A stretch of 64,000 bases of DNA from Octopus sinensis. Its lineage: Eukaryota. Made by a program: the position numbers and the translations under genes. Of the stretch, positions 24,071 through 37,209 are shown piece by piece (the first letter of the stretch is position 1; every line of letters begins with the position of its first letter). Below the pieces are notes generated by a model. The model saw only the letters and a list, made by a program, of their open reading frames with translations. It had not been told where the DNA came from and ran no database searches. The stretch lies in NCBI RefSeq assembly GCF_006345805.1, contig NC_042999.1, forward strand, positions 169,136,001 through 169,200,000, given 5' to 3'.

Positions 24071-24880
24071 ATGGCTGATATCGGTGTCACAAAAAATTAA
24101 ATACTATCTCAATGGCTTGATTGAAACATTAAGCTATTAAATTCAGAGTGTTGTTAGATTTAGCTTTGGATATTGAAATGTTTGTAGATAGTCTCTTTAA
24201 GATTGTCATAAATCACTAATAATTTCAAAGTATTAGGGTAGCTATGGGTGTGAAGTTTGTCATAAAAAAAACAAATGTTGCTTCTAGTTTAGGATGCTAT
24301 CTTTAACTGCTATATTCTATTTCGTTCTTTGCCTTTGGTATTTTTTGTGGTAAATAAATTAGTTTGTTTTGTTAAGTGATTAAGAAAGCTTCAAACGTAA
24401 TTCCAGTTTGGAGTTTCTAATGATAACTAACTGGTAACAAGTAAATTGCTCAAGTCTTTGTCACTTTTGTTAGTGAAGAGATGGTAGAAAGAAGGGAACT
24501 GTTTCAAGCCTAGAATGAGGATTTCTACCAGAAATGTTAGGTATTTCTCTTCTTTACTATAAAGCATCTTAATTTTTTTAATATTTGTTTACATCAAGTC
24601 AGCTTCAAAGAATTAGAAATCACAAGTTGTCCCATTGACTTGTCTCTCGGCTGAAATCATTTATCTACCACTGAGCCTGTTCAGAAAGCTGCAAAAAAAT
24701 AACAAGAATTGGCTTCAAGATTAAAATTCATATACCTTATTGGAAAGGAAAGGAAACAAGAAAAAATATGTTGGGTGGGCTGGAAATTGTTCCTCAATAA
24801 TAATTCCAATATGCGAATATATTTGAACAAACATTTTTTCTGCATTATTTTTAATGTTTAATTTTTTCTTTTTATCACAG

Positions 24881-24970
24881 ACTTCCTGAAGGTTTGACAC
24901 AGCTAAGAAATTTAACGCATTTAGGGCTTAATGACCTGGCAATAATCCGTTTACCTGCTGACCTTGGAGG
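24881..24970 (+). CDS. scrib: Scribble-like LAP LRR protein, internal coding exon (90 nt)
   Basis: tttatcacag|ACTTCC...GGAGG|gtgagt. Translates LPEGLTQLRNLTHLGLNDLAIIRLPADLG(G). Phase 2 joins the previous exon in frame. Confidence 0.93.
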
Positions 24971-25618
24971 GTGAGTATTTCATTCAATCTGTAAGTTGTT
25001 TATACATACACAAACACATTGAGTGCATAGGTGCAAATCGAGGTGGAAAAAACAGCCTTTATATACCAGACTTTGAGTGAAATACTGAAAACTTCACAAA
25101 CTGGTACTCAGCATTTCACACAACTGATCAGCAGACAGAAGTGAATTTTTGGAACAATACAATAATTTATTAATATTTATAACTGGTGCAGTGATGATTA
25201 TTTAGCAATTCATCGAATAAACATTTACAACTGATTCAACAAGGGGTTCTGACTTTTCCAAATTATTGTAATCTATTGGATAAAAACAATTGATAAAAAG
25301 TAATACAAACATAAAAGTTGAGTAAAACTAAACAGCATTATCGGAATTTGCAAGTGTTAATAGACATAATAATTCCAGCAAAGATAGAAAGTTATGTTAG
25401 AAATTAGGAATTTAAGAAAGATCAAGTCATAAAAAGGAAAATTAAGAAAAGAGCAAATGAGTATCACAAACAGATGAATTAGTAAATAGATAAGTTTGCT
25501 ATGAATGAAGTGGGAGTTGATGTAAGCCAATAGAAAGGTTAAAAAAAGCTGGGAAGGCAGGGGGAGTGGAAGGGAAATGAGAGGTAATCTATAATACACT
25601 TTTATAGATTATAAGAAA

Positions 25619-25850
25619 GGCGGTGAGCTGGCAGAAACATTAGCACGCCGGGCGAAATGCATAGCCGTATTTCGTCTGCCGCTACGTTCTGAGTTCAAAT
25701 TCTGCCCGAGGTCGACTTTGTCTTTCATCCTTTCGGGGTCGATAAATTAAGTACCAGTTACGCACTGGGATCAATGTAATCGACCTAATCCGTTTGTCTG
25801 TCCTTGTTTGTCCCCTCTGTGTTTAGCCCCTTGTGGGCAGTAAAGAAATA
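25619..25850 (+). mobile_element. tRNA-derived SINE with a Nin/Deu-like central domain
   Basis: Pol III-type head (GGCGGTGAGCTGGCAGAA...GAGTTCAAATTC) and CTTTCATCCTTTCGGGGTCGATAAATTAAGTACCAG. Confidence 0.75.
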
Positions 25851-26350
25851 TATAATACACTATTATTTACATTGACAGTTTGTATCTAATACAGATAAAA
25901 ATAATATACACACACTCTCACTCACACACTGGAGAGGAAGGAAGATAGGAGCATCTTCAAGAAGCTCACTTTGGATAGAGTAATTGGATGGATGGGTGGG
26001 TGGATGGGTGGGTGGGTGGATGGATGGATGGATTGATTGATTTTATTCATTCATTCATTCATTCATTCTACTTGTAGGAAACAACATAAAAATGGACACA
26101 CAAACACAGGAAAATTGATCAGAGTCAAACAGATGAAATATGATTTTAAAATATGTAAGAGCATGGATAAATATATCAGTAACTGGAGAAAAGAATCCAA
26201 ATTGGAGCAATAATTTCAAATAGGTGTAATAATTTAAAATAATCCTAGTAGTACCCATAAAAATTCATTTGGTGGTACAGTGTCAGCCATAAATGTCTTC
26301 CCACTCGGTTGTAATATTATGTTATTTCCTTCATAAGCAAATTTTCTCTA

Positions 26351-26520
26351 TAAGGATTGGCTGAAAAGTTCATAGGTTAACCAAGACATTCTCAGGAATG
26401 TGACTAAATAAGGTTTATTTCTCAACACAGTCCCCCTTGCAGTTCACACTCCTTCCATCTATGTTGTACTTTGATCCTATTAGTGAAGAAGCTTTCATCC
26501 TGTTGTCACCTTTCATAGTG
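26351..26520. mobile_element. mariner-derived short remnant
   Basis: GGCTGAAAAGTTCATAGG terminus resembling a mariner end. Confidence 0.45.
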
Positions 26521-26539
26521 ACATCTCCAAGTCTCTCTC

Positions 26540-27900
26540 TTTGCAGCCTCATTAAATGCAAGTGAGCCATTATCCATGCTGAAACATTTCTCTCCTATGG
26601 CATCATGATTCTCTCTCACACACTGTCTTGCAACACGAAACACTTCAAGTCTTTGGTCCTCACAACGTAGAACATTGGCAAATTTTTTTCTTATTTGCTT
26701 CCCCTCTGGCTAAATAAATCTGTCTCCTAGCTTTCTTTCTGGCAATCTGATGCAATTCCCTGCTACTAGCGTTCTTCCAGTCCTTCCATGCTTGTTTCTT
26801 TTCCCTGTTGGCTCTGTCAACTACATTGTTCCACCACAATGTTTCCTTGGGTCAAGAGGGGATTTTGCAGTATCCACATATCTGGTCAGTAGCCCTCAGC
26901 ATGTTGTCCTGTAGGAACCTCCAGTTGTCTTCCACATCATGTGATGCTAAATCTTCCACTATCTTGCCAAAAGCTTCGAGTAATACCTCTCTAAATCTCT
27001 GTCCATTTGCAGGATCCCTAAGCTTCTAGAAAGTTTTGGCATTTATAAGTTGCTATCTTTCCCCTTTCTTGGCGAGGATGTAATCAATTTGATGAGTGTG
27101 CCCACCAGATTGGTAAGTGAATAGGTGGCTGGCAGGTTTCCTGAAGTTAGTTACAAACTATAAGATCATTTGCATTGCAGAACTCCAGCAGCCTGGTTCC
27201 CCCCCCATTGTGGGAACCAAATCTATAGCCACCACGTACCTCAGGGAAGCCCACTGCATGTTGTCCAACATGCCCATTGAAGCAGCCAAACACAAAAGGA
27301 AGGTCGCTGTCATTCGTCGACGAGATAGTTTTGCAAGAAGGTGTCATAAAATTGGTCTTTGTGTTCATCAAGTAGTCCTAGCTGAGGGGCATAAGCTGAG
27401 ATAATGGTTGCTAATCCATGTTGCAGCACTAATCTAATCCTAAGTATTCTATCATAGACTCTGATTACCTCAATTACCTCATTAACCCATTTCTCCACAA
27501 GAAGTATACCCATGCCCTCGATCCCATCAGTGTTCCCTACCCAGAAAACCTTGTACCTATGTTCTTTACCTGTGAGGAATGTAGCAGAACTTCCTCTCCA
27601 CCTTACCTCTTGGATGCAGTACAAATCTACATGTCTGAAAAGAAAACTCACATTTGGCCGAATTCATAATCATACAATAGCCTTCAACCTGTATACACTA
27701 CACCATCATTTTATATGCTACATAATCACTACATTGCATAGGAGATAAACCCTAAGTAGGGATGGGGGAGCATTAAGCCTTTGGAGGTGTTCAAGAGAAA
27801 GACATCCAATAGAGGTCAGAGGATAAAGACTTCTAGTACAGGTGGTGGGGATGGGAAGGGCGGGTGCATCATGAAACAGCAAAAAGTCAGGCTGCCGGTG
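26540..27900 (-). mobile_element. RTE LINE 5' part (AP endonuclease), decayed
   Basis: VDLYCIQEVRWRG, GMGILL, IISAYAPQLG, FNGHVG. Confidence 0.85.
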
Positions 27901-28257
27901 TGAAAGAATAGTAATAATAATAATGAAATAGAATCAGGCATTTGCATTCTTAACTAGAGCTATAACCAACAGTTTTTGGTGAGCCAAACTGTGAGAAGAT
28001 TGGATAAATGACAATTATAAATGAGCATAAAAGAAAGGGAGAAGAGAGAAAGAAAGAGAGTTAGATTGAGCATAGGGATCGTGATTTTTCTTTCTCTCTA
28101 AACATAGGGCAAGGAAGATGAAACTGTGTTTGCATAGATAATGAAATGAAATAATAATGTAATTATGATTTGCACTGTAAAAGAGGTTTTAGATCTGTGT
28201 GAGGTTGGAAAACAGAGTTACTTATCTGAACATCTGATTTCTACTCTGTGTGGCAAA

Positions 28258-28308
<51 letters not shown>

Positions 28309-28396
28309 GCATACATATTCAATTATAATAATAATAAAGGATAAAATCGTTAAAAATTTTCCAGTGGCCAGCATATAAAATAGATGTATTAAGGTG

Positions 28397-28570
28397 ATTT
28401 ATTATAGTATAAAACAGCATTATAATTAAGGGCACAGAAGAGACCATGCTTATACTGAAAATACACGCTAAATCATCACGTACAAAAATGATGATTCAGC
28501 ATCTATTTTCAGCATAGGCATGGTCTCTTCTATGCCCTTAGTTATAATTGTATTTTATACTATTATAAAT
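28397..28570. repeat. Long imperfect hairpin (82 bp arms, 10 nt loop), MITE-like
   Basis: 28397-28478 is the reverse complement of 28489-28570 with roughly a dozen mismatches. Confidence 0.88.
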
Positions 28571-28577
28571 CTCTCTC

Positions 28578-28619
<42 letters not shown>

Positions 28620-28621
<2 letters not shown>

Positions 28622-29030
28622 TCGAAATGAGTGGCACCCATTCCAGTGGAGCACTAAGAGCACCATCCGAGCATGATCATTGCCAGAGCAGCTGACTGGC
28701 TTCCATGCTGGTGGCACGTGAAAGATTATTTGAGCAAGGTCATTGCCAGTACCGCTTGACTGGGTCCTTTGCAGGTGACATGAAAAAACACCATTTGAGC
28801 ATGGCTGTTGCCAGTACTGCCTAACTGGCCCTCGTGCCGGTGGCATGTAAAAGCACTCACTACACTCTCAGAGTGGTTGGCGTTAGGAAGGGCATCCAAC
28901 TGTAGAAACTCTGCTAGATCAGATTGGAGCCTGGTGCCCCATCTGGTTCGCCAGTCCTCAGTCAAATTGCCCAACCCATGCTGGCATGAAAAGCGGACAT
29001 TAAACGATGATGATGATGATGATGATGATA
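28620..29030 (+). mobile_element. RTE LINE 3' UTR copy
   Basis: Ends GGAAAGCGGACATTAAAC-like sequence plus (GAT)n. Confidence 0.85.
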
Positions 29031-29035
29031 TTGAT

Positions 29036-29660
29036 ATATCATATATAAAAAATAGACATGTGTGTGTTCTGTTTGCTTTTCATGTGAAAACAGCTGCACA
29101 AATTGGTTCCATACTTGGGGTGCATAAATAATTTGACCTGGGGTACAGTATTATGGTTTTGATTTTTTTTTATTAAAGATAAATAATATTGCTTTATATA
29201 AAATTAACTTCTTTAAAAAGGTTTTCAATGTCAACTTCCAGTACTGATGTAGCAACTGTGGCTAGCTAGACACACACATGTACGTCTGACAGCAATTGTG
29301 GCTAGCTGCACACACATATGTAGGTATACAATACACCATCAACGAATATTTACATTTTAACCGCTTCTATTTCATTTCAGCTGTGTTTTTTTTTTTTTTA
29401 GCTTGAAAATCTTACTCTTCACATTCCTCATAGACACATTTTTTGCCTTTCTTCTAAGGATTTCTGTTACTTTTTGTCTTTTTATCTACCTAAATCTATA
29501 TCTATCTATCTGTCTACCTATATCTGTGTGTGTGTTTGCTTTTCACGCGAAAACGGTTTCACGAATTAATACCAAACTTGGGGTGCAGGAATAATTTGAC
29601 CTGAGAACACTAATATGATCTTGATTTATTTTTTATTAAAAATAAATAATACTGCTTTAT
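29036..29660 (+). mobile_element. Two Helitron-like 5' end remnants (~29036-29210 and ~29500-29660)
   Basis: Mutually similar (TTTGCTTTTCA.G.GAAAAC, ACTTGGGGTGCA, ATAATTTGACCTG). Both begin in TATATAAAA/TGTG tracts like the Helitron starts at 29812 and 36335. Confidence 0.55.
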
Positions 29661-29811
29661 ATATATATATATATATGATTCACTTCTTTACTAAGTGTAC
29701 TTTCTCTCACTCCTCTCCTTCTTCACTGTCTCTCTCACTCCTCTTTGTTATTCACTCTCTCACTCCTTTCTCTATCAATAACTCAACTTTTTTCGATTTT
29801 ACAAATATGTA

Positions 29812-31388
29812 TCTCTATATATATAAAACTAAGAATGTGTGTCTGTCTGTCTGTGTGTTTCCCTAAAACTTGAGAACTACACAACCAATTTCATTCAAAT
29901 TTTACACCTGCCTTACTTAGGGTCCATGTAGTTTCATGGGCCAAAAAATGTTCAACTTCTTGCCTAGGGCGAGCCCATAGCAATATCATATCTTCTCCAC
30001 TATTTCAGTATTACATGTTAAAAGTGAAACAAAAACATTTCTCTATTTTATGTCAGATACTTTCACTTTAACAATAAAAATTAGAGATAATAATAACAAT
30101 TGAATTATATGTAGTAAGTAATAATTAAAATCAAACTAAAGTGTGATATAATAATTAAATCGTAACATAACAATTAATAGTAAAAATAGCAATTGGTATA
30201 AAATTGCATCAATGACTTGAACTTGAATAAGTGGTTTCACATGAATGGGAATAAATAAAAAATAAAATTTAAGTGCAGAAATGGAATAGTCCAGATGGAG
30301 CTGTGCACGGCTTTTACATTAGATTATTTGCTAATTAGCTAGCATTAAGTATCTATATGAAGTTTGGCTGTATGTAATGTCTGTTTTCTCGAACAGATGC
30401 TTCTTCTGAGTACTGCTGTTAGTTTATTTCTGATCCATAAAGGCCTATATAGCTTCAACAGAGTACTGCTTTTTGATTCACCGTAAGATTTGTTGTTATT
30501 ATTATTACTGTTTAACTATTGTTATCATGTTTGTTGGTTCCTTGTAAGGGAAGCATTGTTGTGTTGCATTTGTTAAATAATTGTAAACTGTAACCCTCCC
30601 CCTTTGGAAGAAGGAGCTTTGGTTATTGTTTAAAAATTGAATTGTGGCCCTGTTTGGGGAAATTGACAATATTTTCACCGTTTACACGGAAGCATCTTTG
30701 TTAAAATGCCTTCGATAGAAGAAAGTCTAAAAAGGAATTTCGCTGCAGCCGTTGGCAGGTGCAAACTCACTAAAATTAAAATGGAAGAAATACAAACCTA
30801 TTTCGGATTGATCACCAACAAAGACAGTGAATCTAGGATAACACCACCAAACGAAATAAAATTAAAGAAAAGACTATGGTCTATAAAGTATACAATGTAG
30901 AGAAAAAAAAGATTTGAACACCTGGAGGAAAGTACCATTGAAAAGTGTCTTGGTGCGACTATGAAAGATATCAAGTATAGGCGGTAAATTCGCCACAATA
31001 GAAGCAAGGTTTGAGTCAACGGAGTGTGCAAGGGAGTACTCGACTTGAACAAAGTGGAAATATTTTATTTTTACCATTATATCTGGAACGTAGGACGTCC
31101 CGGATAAAAATTTAAAATGTCCCCCCAGAAGTAGAGGTAGGCTGGATTGTAGCCACACTTCTATACAAGAGGGAGGACAAGATACAATTGATCGAAATTG
31201 CAAGAGACGGGCCTACAATTCCAGTCTGTTATATATTTTGAGTATTGTTATCACTAGCGATATCAAGATATAACTTTGTATTTTGTATTTTATGTGTAGA
31301 TGTATATATATATAGATGTACATGTAATATGTAAACATATATATATGCACTAGCACTATGACCCGGCAACGGCGGGTCATAATGCTAG
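29812..31388 (+). mobile_element. Non-autonomous Helitron
   Basis: A|TC...TATATATAAAACT start. 3' hairpin CTAGCACTATGACCCG/CGGGTCATAATGCTAG ending CTAG|T. Confidence 0.72.
30706..31230 (+). pseudogene. Possible LINE ORF1-like (RRM-type) coding remnant inside the Helitron
   Basis: Frameshifted MPSIEESLKRNF...TIEARFESTECAREYST...IKNLKCPPEVEVGWIVATLL. Family assignment is from impression only. Confidence 0.4.
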
Positions 31389-31799
31389 TTATTAATATTT
31401 GGGAGGTGTATTCCCTATCTAACTTCTCACTGTACTTACTCTCTTTCTATCTGTTATTCTGTCATTCTCTTTTCATTCTGTCAATCATTTTATCTTGTGT
31501 TAAACATTGCAATGATTTCTGGTATGAAAAAAATTATTACAGCTACTTTCATTGTTTGCAATCTTCTGTACTGGTGTATTTGAGTATCAGTAAATAATCA
31601 TTTCTAGAAGGAATGTGTCAAATTTGTTTCCAGTGTCAAGGTCAGCCAAAAGAATGTCTCTGTTGAGGGAAAGAGAGACAGCTGAAAAGAGGGTAGCATG
31701 CCAAGAAAGAAACAAACTGTATGCTACAGCCTCCAGAGCATCTTAGAATGATGAGACAAGAGTTGAGTGTCAAAAAAAAGAAAAAAAAAAAAAACCAGT

Positions 31800-32253
31800 T
31801 GCGTACTGGTGCTACCCAAGCATCTCAAAAGGCTGAAAAGGATAGTTACAACACCTCAGAGAAGCAACTTCTATGAAGCAGCTTTCAACTACGATCCAGC
31901 GGTTTATTATACAGATGACACTAAAGTTTCCATTGGTGGAATGACACTGAGTGCATACTCTGTAAAGCAAGGAAGTGGCCCGGAGAGACACTTGTACTGT
32001 TGTGGTGGAAAGGTTAAACTCCCTGCAATGCCCCAACCACCAGAGCAATTGAAGAAACTTGTCATCAATTTACCAAGATTCTAAGCACTTCCAAAACAAA
32101 ATTCGACAATGCAATGCTGCCCTACAGATGACATCATTTGGAACTACAAGAGAAATAACTGAGTCAGGATTCATGTGAACTTTCAAGATCCAAGGGCAGA
32201 TTTATTATTGGATTAGCTCTCTAATACATCTGTCAAATGAGTCACTAAAATTC

Positions 32254-32260
<7 letters not shown>
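31800..32260 (+). mobile_element. Helitron RepHel N-terminal pseudogene fragment
   Basis: EAAFNYDP, YCCGGKVKLPAMPQPPEQL, QMTSFG, TFKIQGQIY. Confidence 0.85.
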
Positions 32261-32291
<31 letters not shown>

Positions 32292-32347
32292 TGATCATCA
32301 TCATCCTTTAATGTCCGCTTTCCATGCTAGCATGGGTTGGACGATTT

Positions 32348-32402
<55 letters not shown>

Positions 32403-32524
32403 AATATAAAAGGGGCAAAAATGCTGGAGAATCAGTATACACTGTGTGGAAAAATTACGAAGTGTAAATATGTGGAAAACATATATAAAAAAGGGAAAGA
32501 GAAATGCCTTCATTTCACTGTTTT

Positions 32525-32688
32525 GCGCAGGAGTAGCTGTGTGGTAAGTAGCTTGCTAACCAACCACATGGTTGCGAGTTCAGTCCCACTGCGTGGCATC
32601 TTGGGCAAGTGTCTTCTGCTATAGCACCGTGCCGACCAATGCCTTGTGAGTGGATTTGGTAGACGGAAACTGAAAGAATCCTGTCGTA

Positions 32689-32748
<60 letters not shown>

Positions 32749-32954
32749 ATTGTGTGTCTGTGTTTGTTCCCCTAGCATTGCTTGACAACCGATGCTGGTG
32801 TGTTTACGTCCCCATCACCTAGCGGTTCGGCAAAAGAGACCGATAGAATAAGTACTGGGCTTACAAAGAATAGGTCCCGGGGTCCGATTTGCTCGACTAA
32901 AGGCGGTGCTCCAGCATGGCCGCAGTCAAATGACTGAAACAAGTAAAAGAGAGA
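32525..32954 (+). mobile_element. tRNA-derived SINE with internal (TA)n/(TG)n
   Basis: A-box-like TAGCTGTGTGGT, B-box-like GAGTTCAGTCCC, CCTTGGGCAAGTG-type core, LINE-like tail. Confidence 0.9.
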
Positions 32955-32999
32955 GTATACATATTTTATGGATGGCAAAAGTCTCATAAAATGTAATGA

Positions 33000-33044
33000 T
33001 ATCCAACTGGTTTTCACTATTTAAATTAGCTTTTCAAGCGACAT
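33000..33044 (-). ncRNA. Hammerhead candidate with U3:A8 core, 3' side decayed
   Basis: Minus strand: TTGAAAA-GCTA-atttaaa-TAGT-GAAA-ACCAGTT (near AACCGGTT). Lies downstream of the PLE fragment at 33500-33790. Confidence 0.5.
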
Positions 33045-33499
33045 TGTGAAGTGATAATTCCTTAAGATAAGGATTTCTGGACAAGTAAAAAAGAGTGGAG
33101 AGAGTAGATAAAGGAAGGCAACTGGTGGAAAGGGGGACAACTACCTCCTCGGCATTATTGAATATGAAATACAAGGTGATTTCTACAGGAAATGTGGGAA
33201 AATGAAAAGGATTGCAATTTTGAAAAATTGTGAAAGAGGAAATTGAAATGTACAGAAAGTCTCTTTCAATTCATAATATATACTAGAGGTATGTTTATCG
33301 GTACATTTGTGTGTAATTTATAATACTTGTTCCTCATTTTGTCAATATTGAATTATTATGGAAAAGGAAAAAACCCTGGTCAATATAATGTAATATAAGT
33401 TAAATAAGTCAAAGATATATGTATGTATATTGACCAATAAATTGAGTGAAAGTGTTACAGTTGAGCTTCACATTTTGAGTTTTTATTTTTAAGGAATGT

Positions 33500-33790
33500 G
33501 TAAAGCAGGTGGTCAAGTTTGTATATTAAGGTGTGGTCTGTACTTTTGTATAAACCGGCTTTCCTTGTTTAGGAGATTGAATCTTTGCATTGGTATAATG
33601 GAAAGATATGAAAGTCGGTGTTTATTTCTTGAGCATCTTTCAATATGTTCACTAAGAGATATCTGCCTGTATTGAGGAAAACGTATCTGTTCTTTATGCA
33701 GCATAACTCTGCATCTCAAAGTAAGGCACATTTCACCCAAGTAGAAGCACCACTGATGTCATATTCCTGGTACGGCAACTGCAGAAGAAA
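33500..33790 (-). mobile_element. Penelope-like GIY-YIG fragment
   Basis: LGEMCLTLRCR..LHKEQIRFPQYRQISLSEHIERC...ESRFIQKYRPHLN. Confidence 0.8.
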
Positions 33791-35492
33791 TACCTAGCTA
33801 AAGATAAACCCCTCTACTTAGCTTTTGTGGACTTGGAGAAAGCCTTTGACATGGTCCCCCAATCCCTTATCTGGTGGGCAATGCGGAAACTGGAGATTGA
33901 CGAATGGTTGATAGGGGCTGTACAGGCCCTATACAGAGAGGCTGTTAGTAAGGTTAGGATTGGCAATGAGTATAGTGAAGAAATCCGGGTAGAAGTAGGG
34001 GGTCCACCAGCGTTCAGCCCTCAGAGGAATTCAAAACAGGTTGCCCATGGGAGCTCCTCTATGCTGATGACCTGGCCCTCATAGCAGAATCACTACTGGA
34101 ACTAGAAAAGAAATTTCGGGTGTGGAAGCTAGGTTTAGAATCAAAAGGCTTTAGAGTAAATGTAGCAAAGACCAAAGTTATAGTAAGCAGGGAGGCGAAC
34201 TCATCGCACACCCACTCAGGCAGGTGGCCCTGCTCGATCTATAGAAAAGGTGTAGGTAGAAACTCCATAAGATGTACCTAGTGTAAGCTATGGACGCATA
34301 AGAAGTGCAGCAACATCAAAGGAAAATTAACCGAGAAGATAGCTTTCGTGTGTGGCAGATGCATAGAGGCAATAGACACCACAGATACTCAGAAAACAGA
34401 TTCCATCACACTTCAGAGGGAGAAACTAGAAGTAGTTGATAGTTTCCGCTACCTAGGTGACCAAGTTAGTAGTCAGAGAGTGTCACCACTAGAATACGAA
34501 TAGCCTGGGCAAAGTTTAAAAAGCTTCTATCCCTACTGGGGACAAAGGGTCTCTTGCTCAGAGTGAAAGGTAGATTGTATGATGCATGTGTGCAAACAGC
34601 CATGCTTCACGGTAGTGAAACATCGGCTGTGACTGCAGAGGACATGCATAGGCTTGAAAGAAATGAAGCTAGCATGATCCACTGGATGTGTAATGTCAGT
34701 GTGCACACGACAGAGTGTAAGCACCCTGAGAAAAATGCTGGACATAAGAAGCATCGGATGTGGCATACAAGCGAGACGTTTGTGCTGGTATGGTCATGTA
34801 CTGCGGATGGATGAGGAGAGATGTGTGAAGAAGTGCCACTCCCAAACAGTTGAAGGCATCTGGAGGAGAGGTAGACCCAGGAAGACATGAGATGAGGTGG
34901 TCAAGCATGACCTTCGAACATTGGGCCTCACAGAGGCAATGACAAAAGACCGAGATCTCTGGAGATATGCTGTGACTGCTAAGACCCGACAAATAATGTG
35001 AGTTTATGGCTGTTTCCTGCACCAGTTTCCCATAGTCCCAGCCCATCCAAAGTACCTTGGATTGCAGAACGACCTGCTGGGGCTTACCTTGGATCGTAGG
35101 GTGACCTGCTGTGCTTGAGGAGACCTATTGAATCAAGTACATCGACATCAAAATAAATATCAAATGGAAATTGTGGTTGTGATACCTGTGTCGGTGGCAT
35201 GTAAAAAGCAACATCCGAATGTGACCGATGCCAGCGCCACCTTGACTGGCTTCTTTGCCGGAGGCACGTAAAAAGCACCAACCAATCGTGTCCGCTGCCA
35301 GCCTCCCCTGGCACGTAAAAAGCACCCACTACATTCACGGAGTGGTTGGCATTAGGAAGAGCATCAAGCTGTAGAAACACTGCCAGATCAGACTGGAGCC
35401 TGGTGCAGCCTCCTGGCTTCCCAGACCCCGGTCGAACCATCCAACCCATGCTAGCACGGAAAACGGACGTTAAACAACATGATGATGATGAT
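33790..35492 (+). mobile_element. RTE LINE, 5'-truncated, with 3' UTR and (GAT)n tail
   Basis: DLEKAFD, LIWWAMRKL, LYADDL, GRLYDACVQTAMLHGSET, RGRPRKT. Confidence 0.92.
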
Positions 35493-35531
35493 ATATATAC
35501 ATGTAAAGATATATGTATGTATATATATATA

Positions 35532-36335
35532 CTAGCAGTATTGTCCAGCTCGTGCGTTCTATGCACGCGTGAATTAAGCTAAACTTGGATGAAGTTCAAT
35601 CAAAATTCAATTATTTTGGTTTTAAAATCAAGCATTTAATGCCCTCAATTTTTGCGTTTATGTGTTCCATTTCCTCAATAGGAAGTATGTAGAAGCGTTT
35701 CATAAATTTTTGTTGATCATATAATTGCATTGTTGAATTATTCTTTTAGATCAGTATTTCTCAACGGGGATTTCAGGGGAGAGTTTCAGGGAGTTGCTGG
35801 CAATGTATCATGATGATCAAAAATTCGGCCTGCTAAAATTTGGTTAAAGTGATTCAAACTGCAGACTCAACACAAAATGGTCACATTTAATTCAAAGTGT
35901 TAAAAATGTTGTGAAAACAATTGGTATGTGTTCACAAAGTCCAAACGATTAATATGAAAAAACCCTCCAGGCTACATCCTGAAAATTCATTTCTTTGTCG
36001 AATTTCTACAATGTTTACGGCGATTCGTTTTTATATCTTGATTTTTTATTTTTCATGCAATTTATGCATGCTTGCACGCGTGGTGAACACAGTTCACGTC
36101 AAACAGCTGACTGAGTAAAGTTCACTATTCAATGCATGGGATAAAGCCTAAACAAGCACATTATCGATTTTTGCACTGGCGAGATGAATTTCGGAACAGA
36201 AATAGCGCAGTTCAATTTTCATTCGTCTAAACTTTAAGTGACCCATTTTTGGTGGTTCTACGATTTGTTGGCTAGGAGGAGATGTGCCGGGAAGTTAAAC
36301 ACACAGACACACAAGTTGAGTTTTATATATATAGA
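35532..36335 (-). mobile_element. Non-autonomous Helitron
   Basis: Minus strand A|TCTATATATATAAAACT start and hairpin...GCTAG|T end. Confidence 0.8.
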
Positions 36336-36389
36336 TATGTGTGTGTGTATGTATGTATTTTTATATGTATATATGTGTATCTATCTATC

Positions 36390-36420
<31 letters not shown>

Positions 36421-36751
36421 ATGTATTTTATTGCATTTTATTCCTTTGGAATAATACTGGTGATATCTTCGAAACATGTGTCGGAAGTAAAAGAATTTGA
36501 ATAGCACCTGTGTTTAACTCCATTTAATTATTTATGTATATTATACAAAATATTTCACATAAACTCAGAGATTCTACTTTTAAAAACAAAGTTTTACACC
36601 CTTTTTATTTGTGTGATTTTTTGCTACCCTGGTAAATGTTTATTTTTTCCATGTTAATTGTAAAGAAGGGAAAAATACACGTATCTATTTCTATATATTT
36701 CAACGAGGTTTCCATATCACCTGCTAATAAAATAGTTAACACATATGGAGG

Positions 36752-36958
36752 TACTCTTTTACTCTTTTACTTGTTTCAGTCATTTTACTGCGGCCATGCT
36801 GGAGCACCGCCTTTAGTCGATCAAATCGACCCCGGGACTTATTCTTTCTAAGCCCAGTACTTATTCTATCGGTCTCTTTTGCCGAACTGCTAGGTGACGG
36901 GGACGTAAACACACCAGCATCGGTTGTCAAGCAATGCTAGGGGGACAGACACACACAC

Positions 36959-37030
<72 letters not shown>

Positions 37031-37200
37031 CATATATACGACAGGCTTCTTTCAGTTTCCGTCTACCAAATCCACTCACAAGGCATTGGTCGGCCCGGGG
37101 CTATAGCAGAAGACACTTGCCCAAGATGCCACGCAGTGGGACTGAACCCTGAACCATGTGGTTGGTTAGCAAGCTACTTACCACACAGCCACTCCTGCGC
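36752..37200 (-). mobile_element. tRNA-derived SINE (same family as 32525)
   Basis: Reverse complement of the 32525-32954 family. Confidence 0.9.
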
Positions 37201-37209
37201 CTTTAATAT

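Noticed and set aside
32525-32600. SINE heads as tRNA genes
   Set aside because: No complete cloverleaf; they continue into SINE body and tail.
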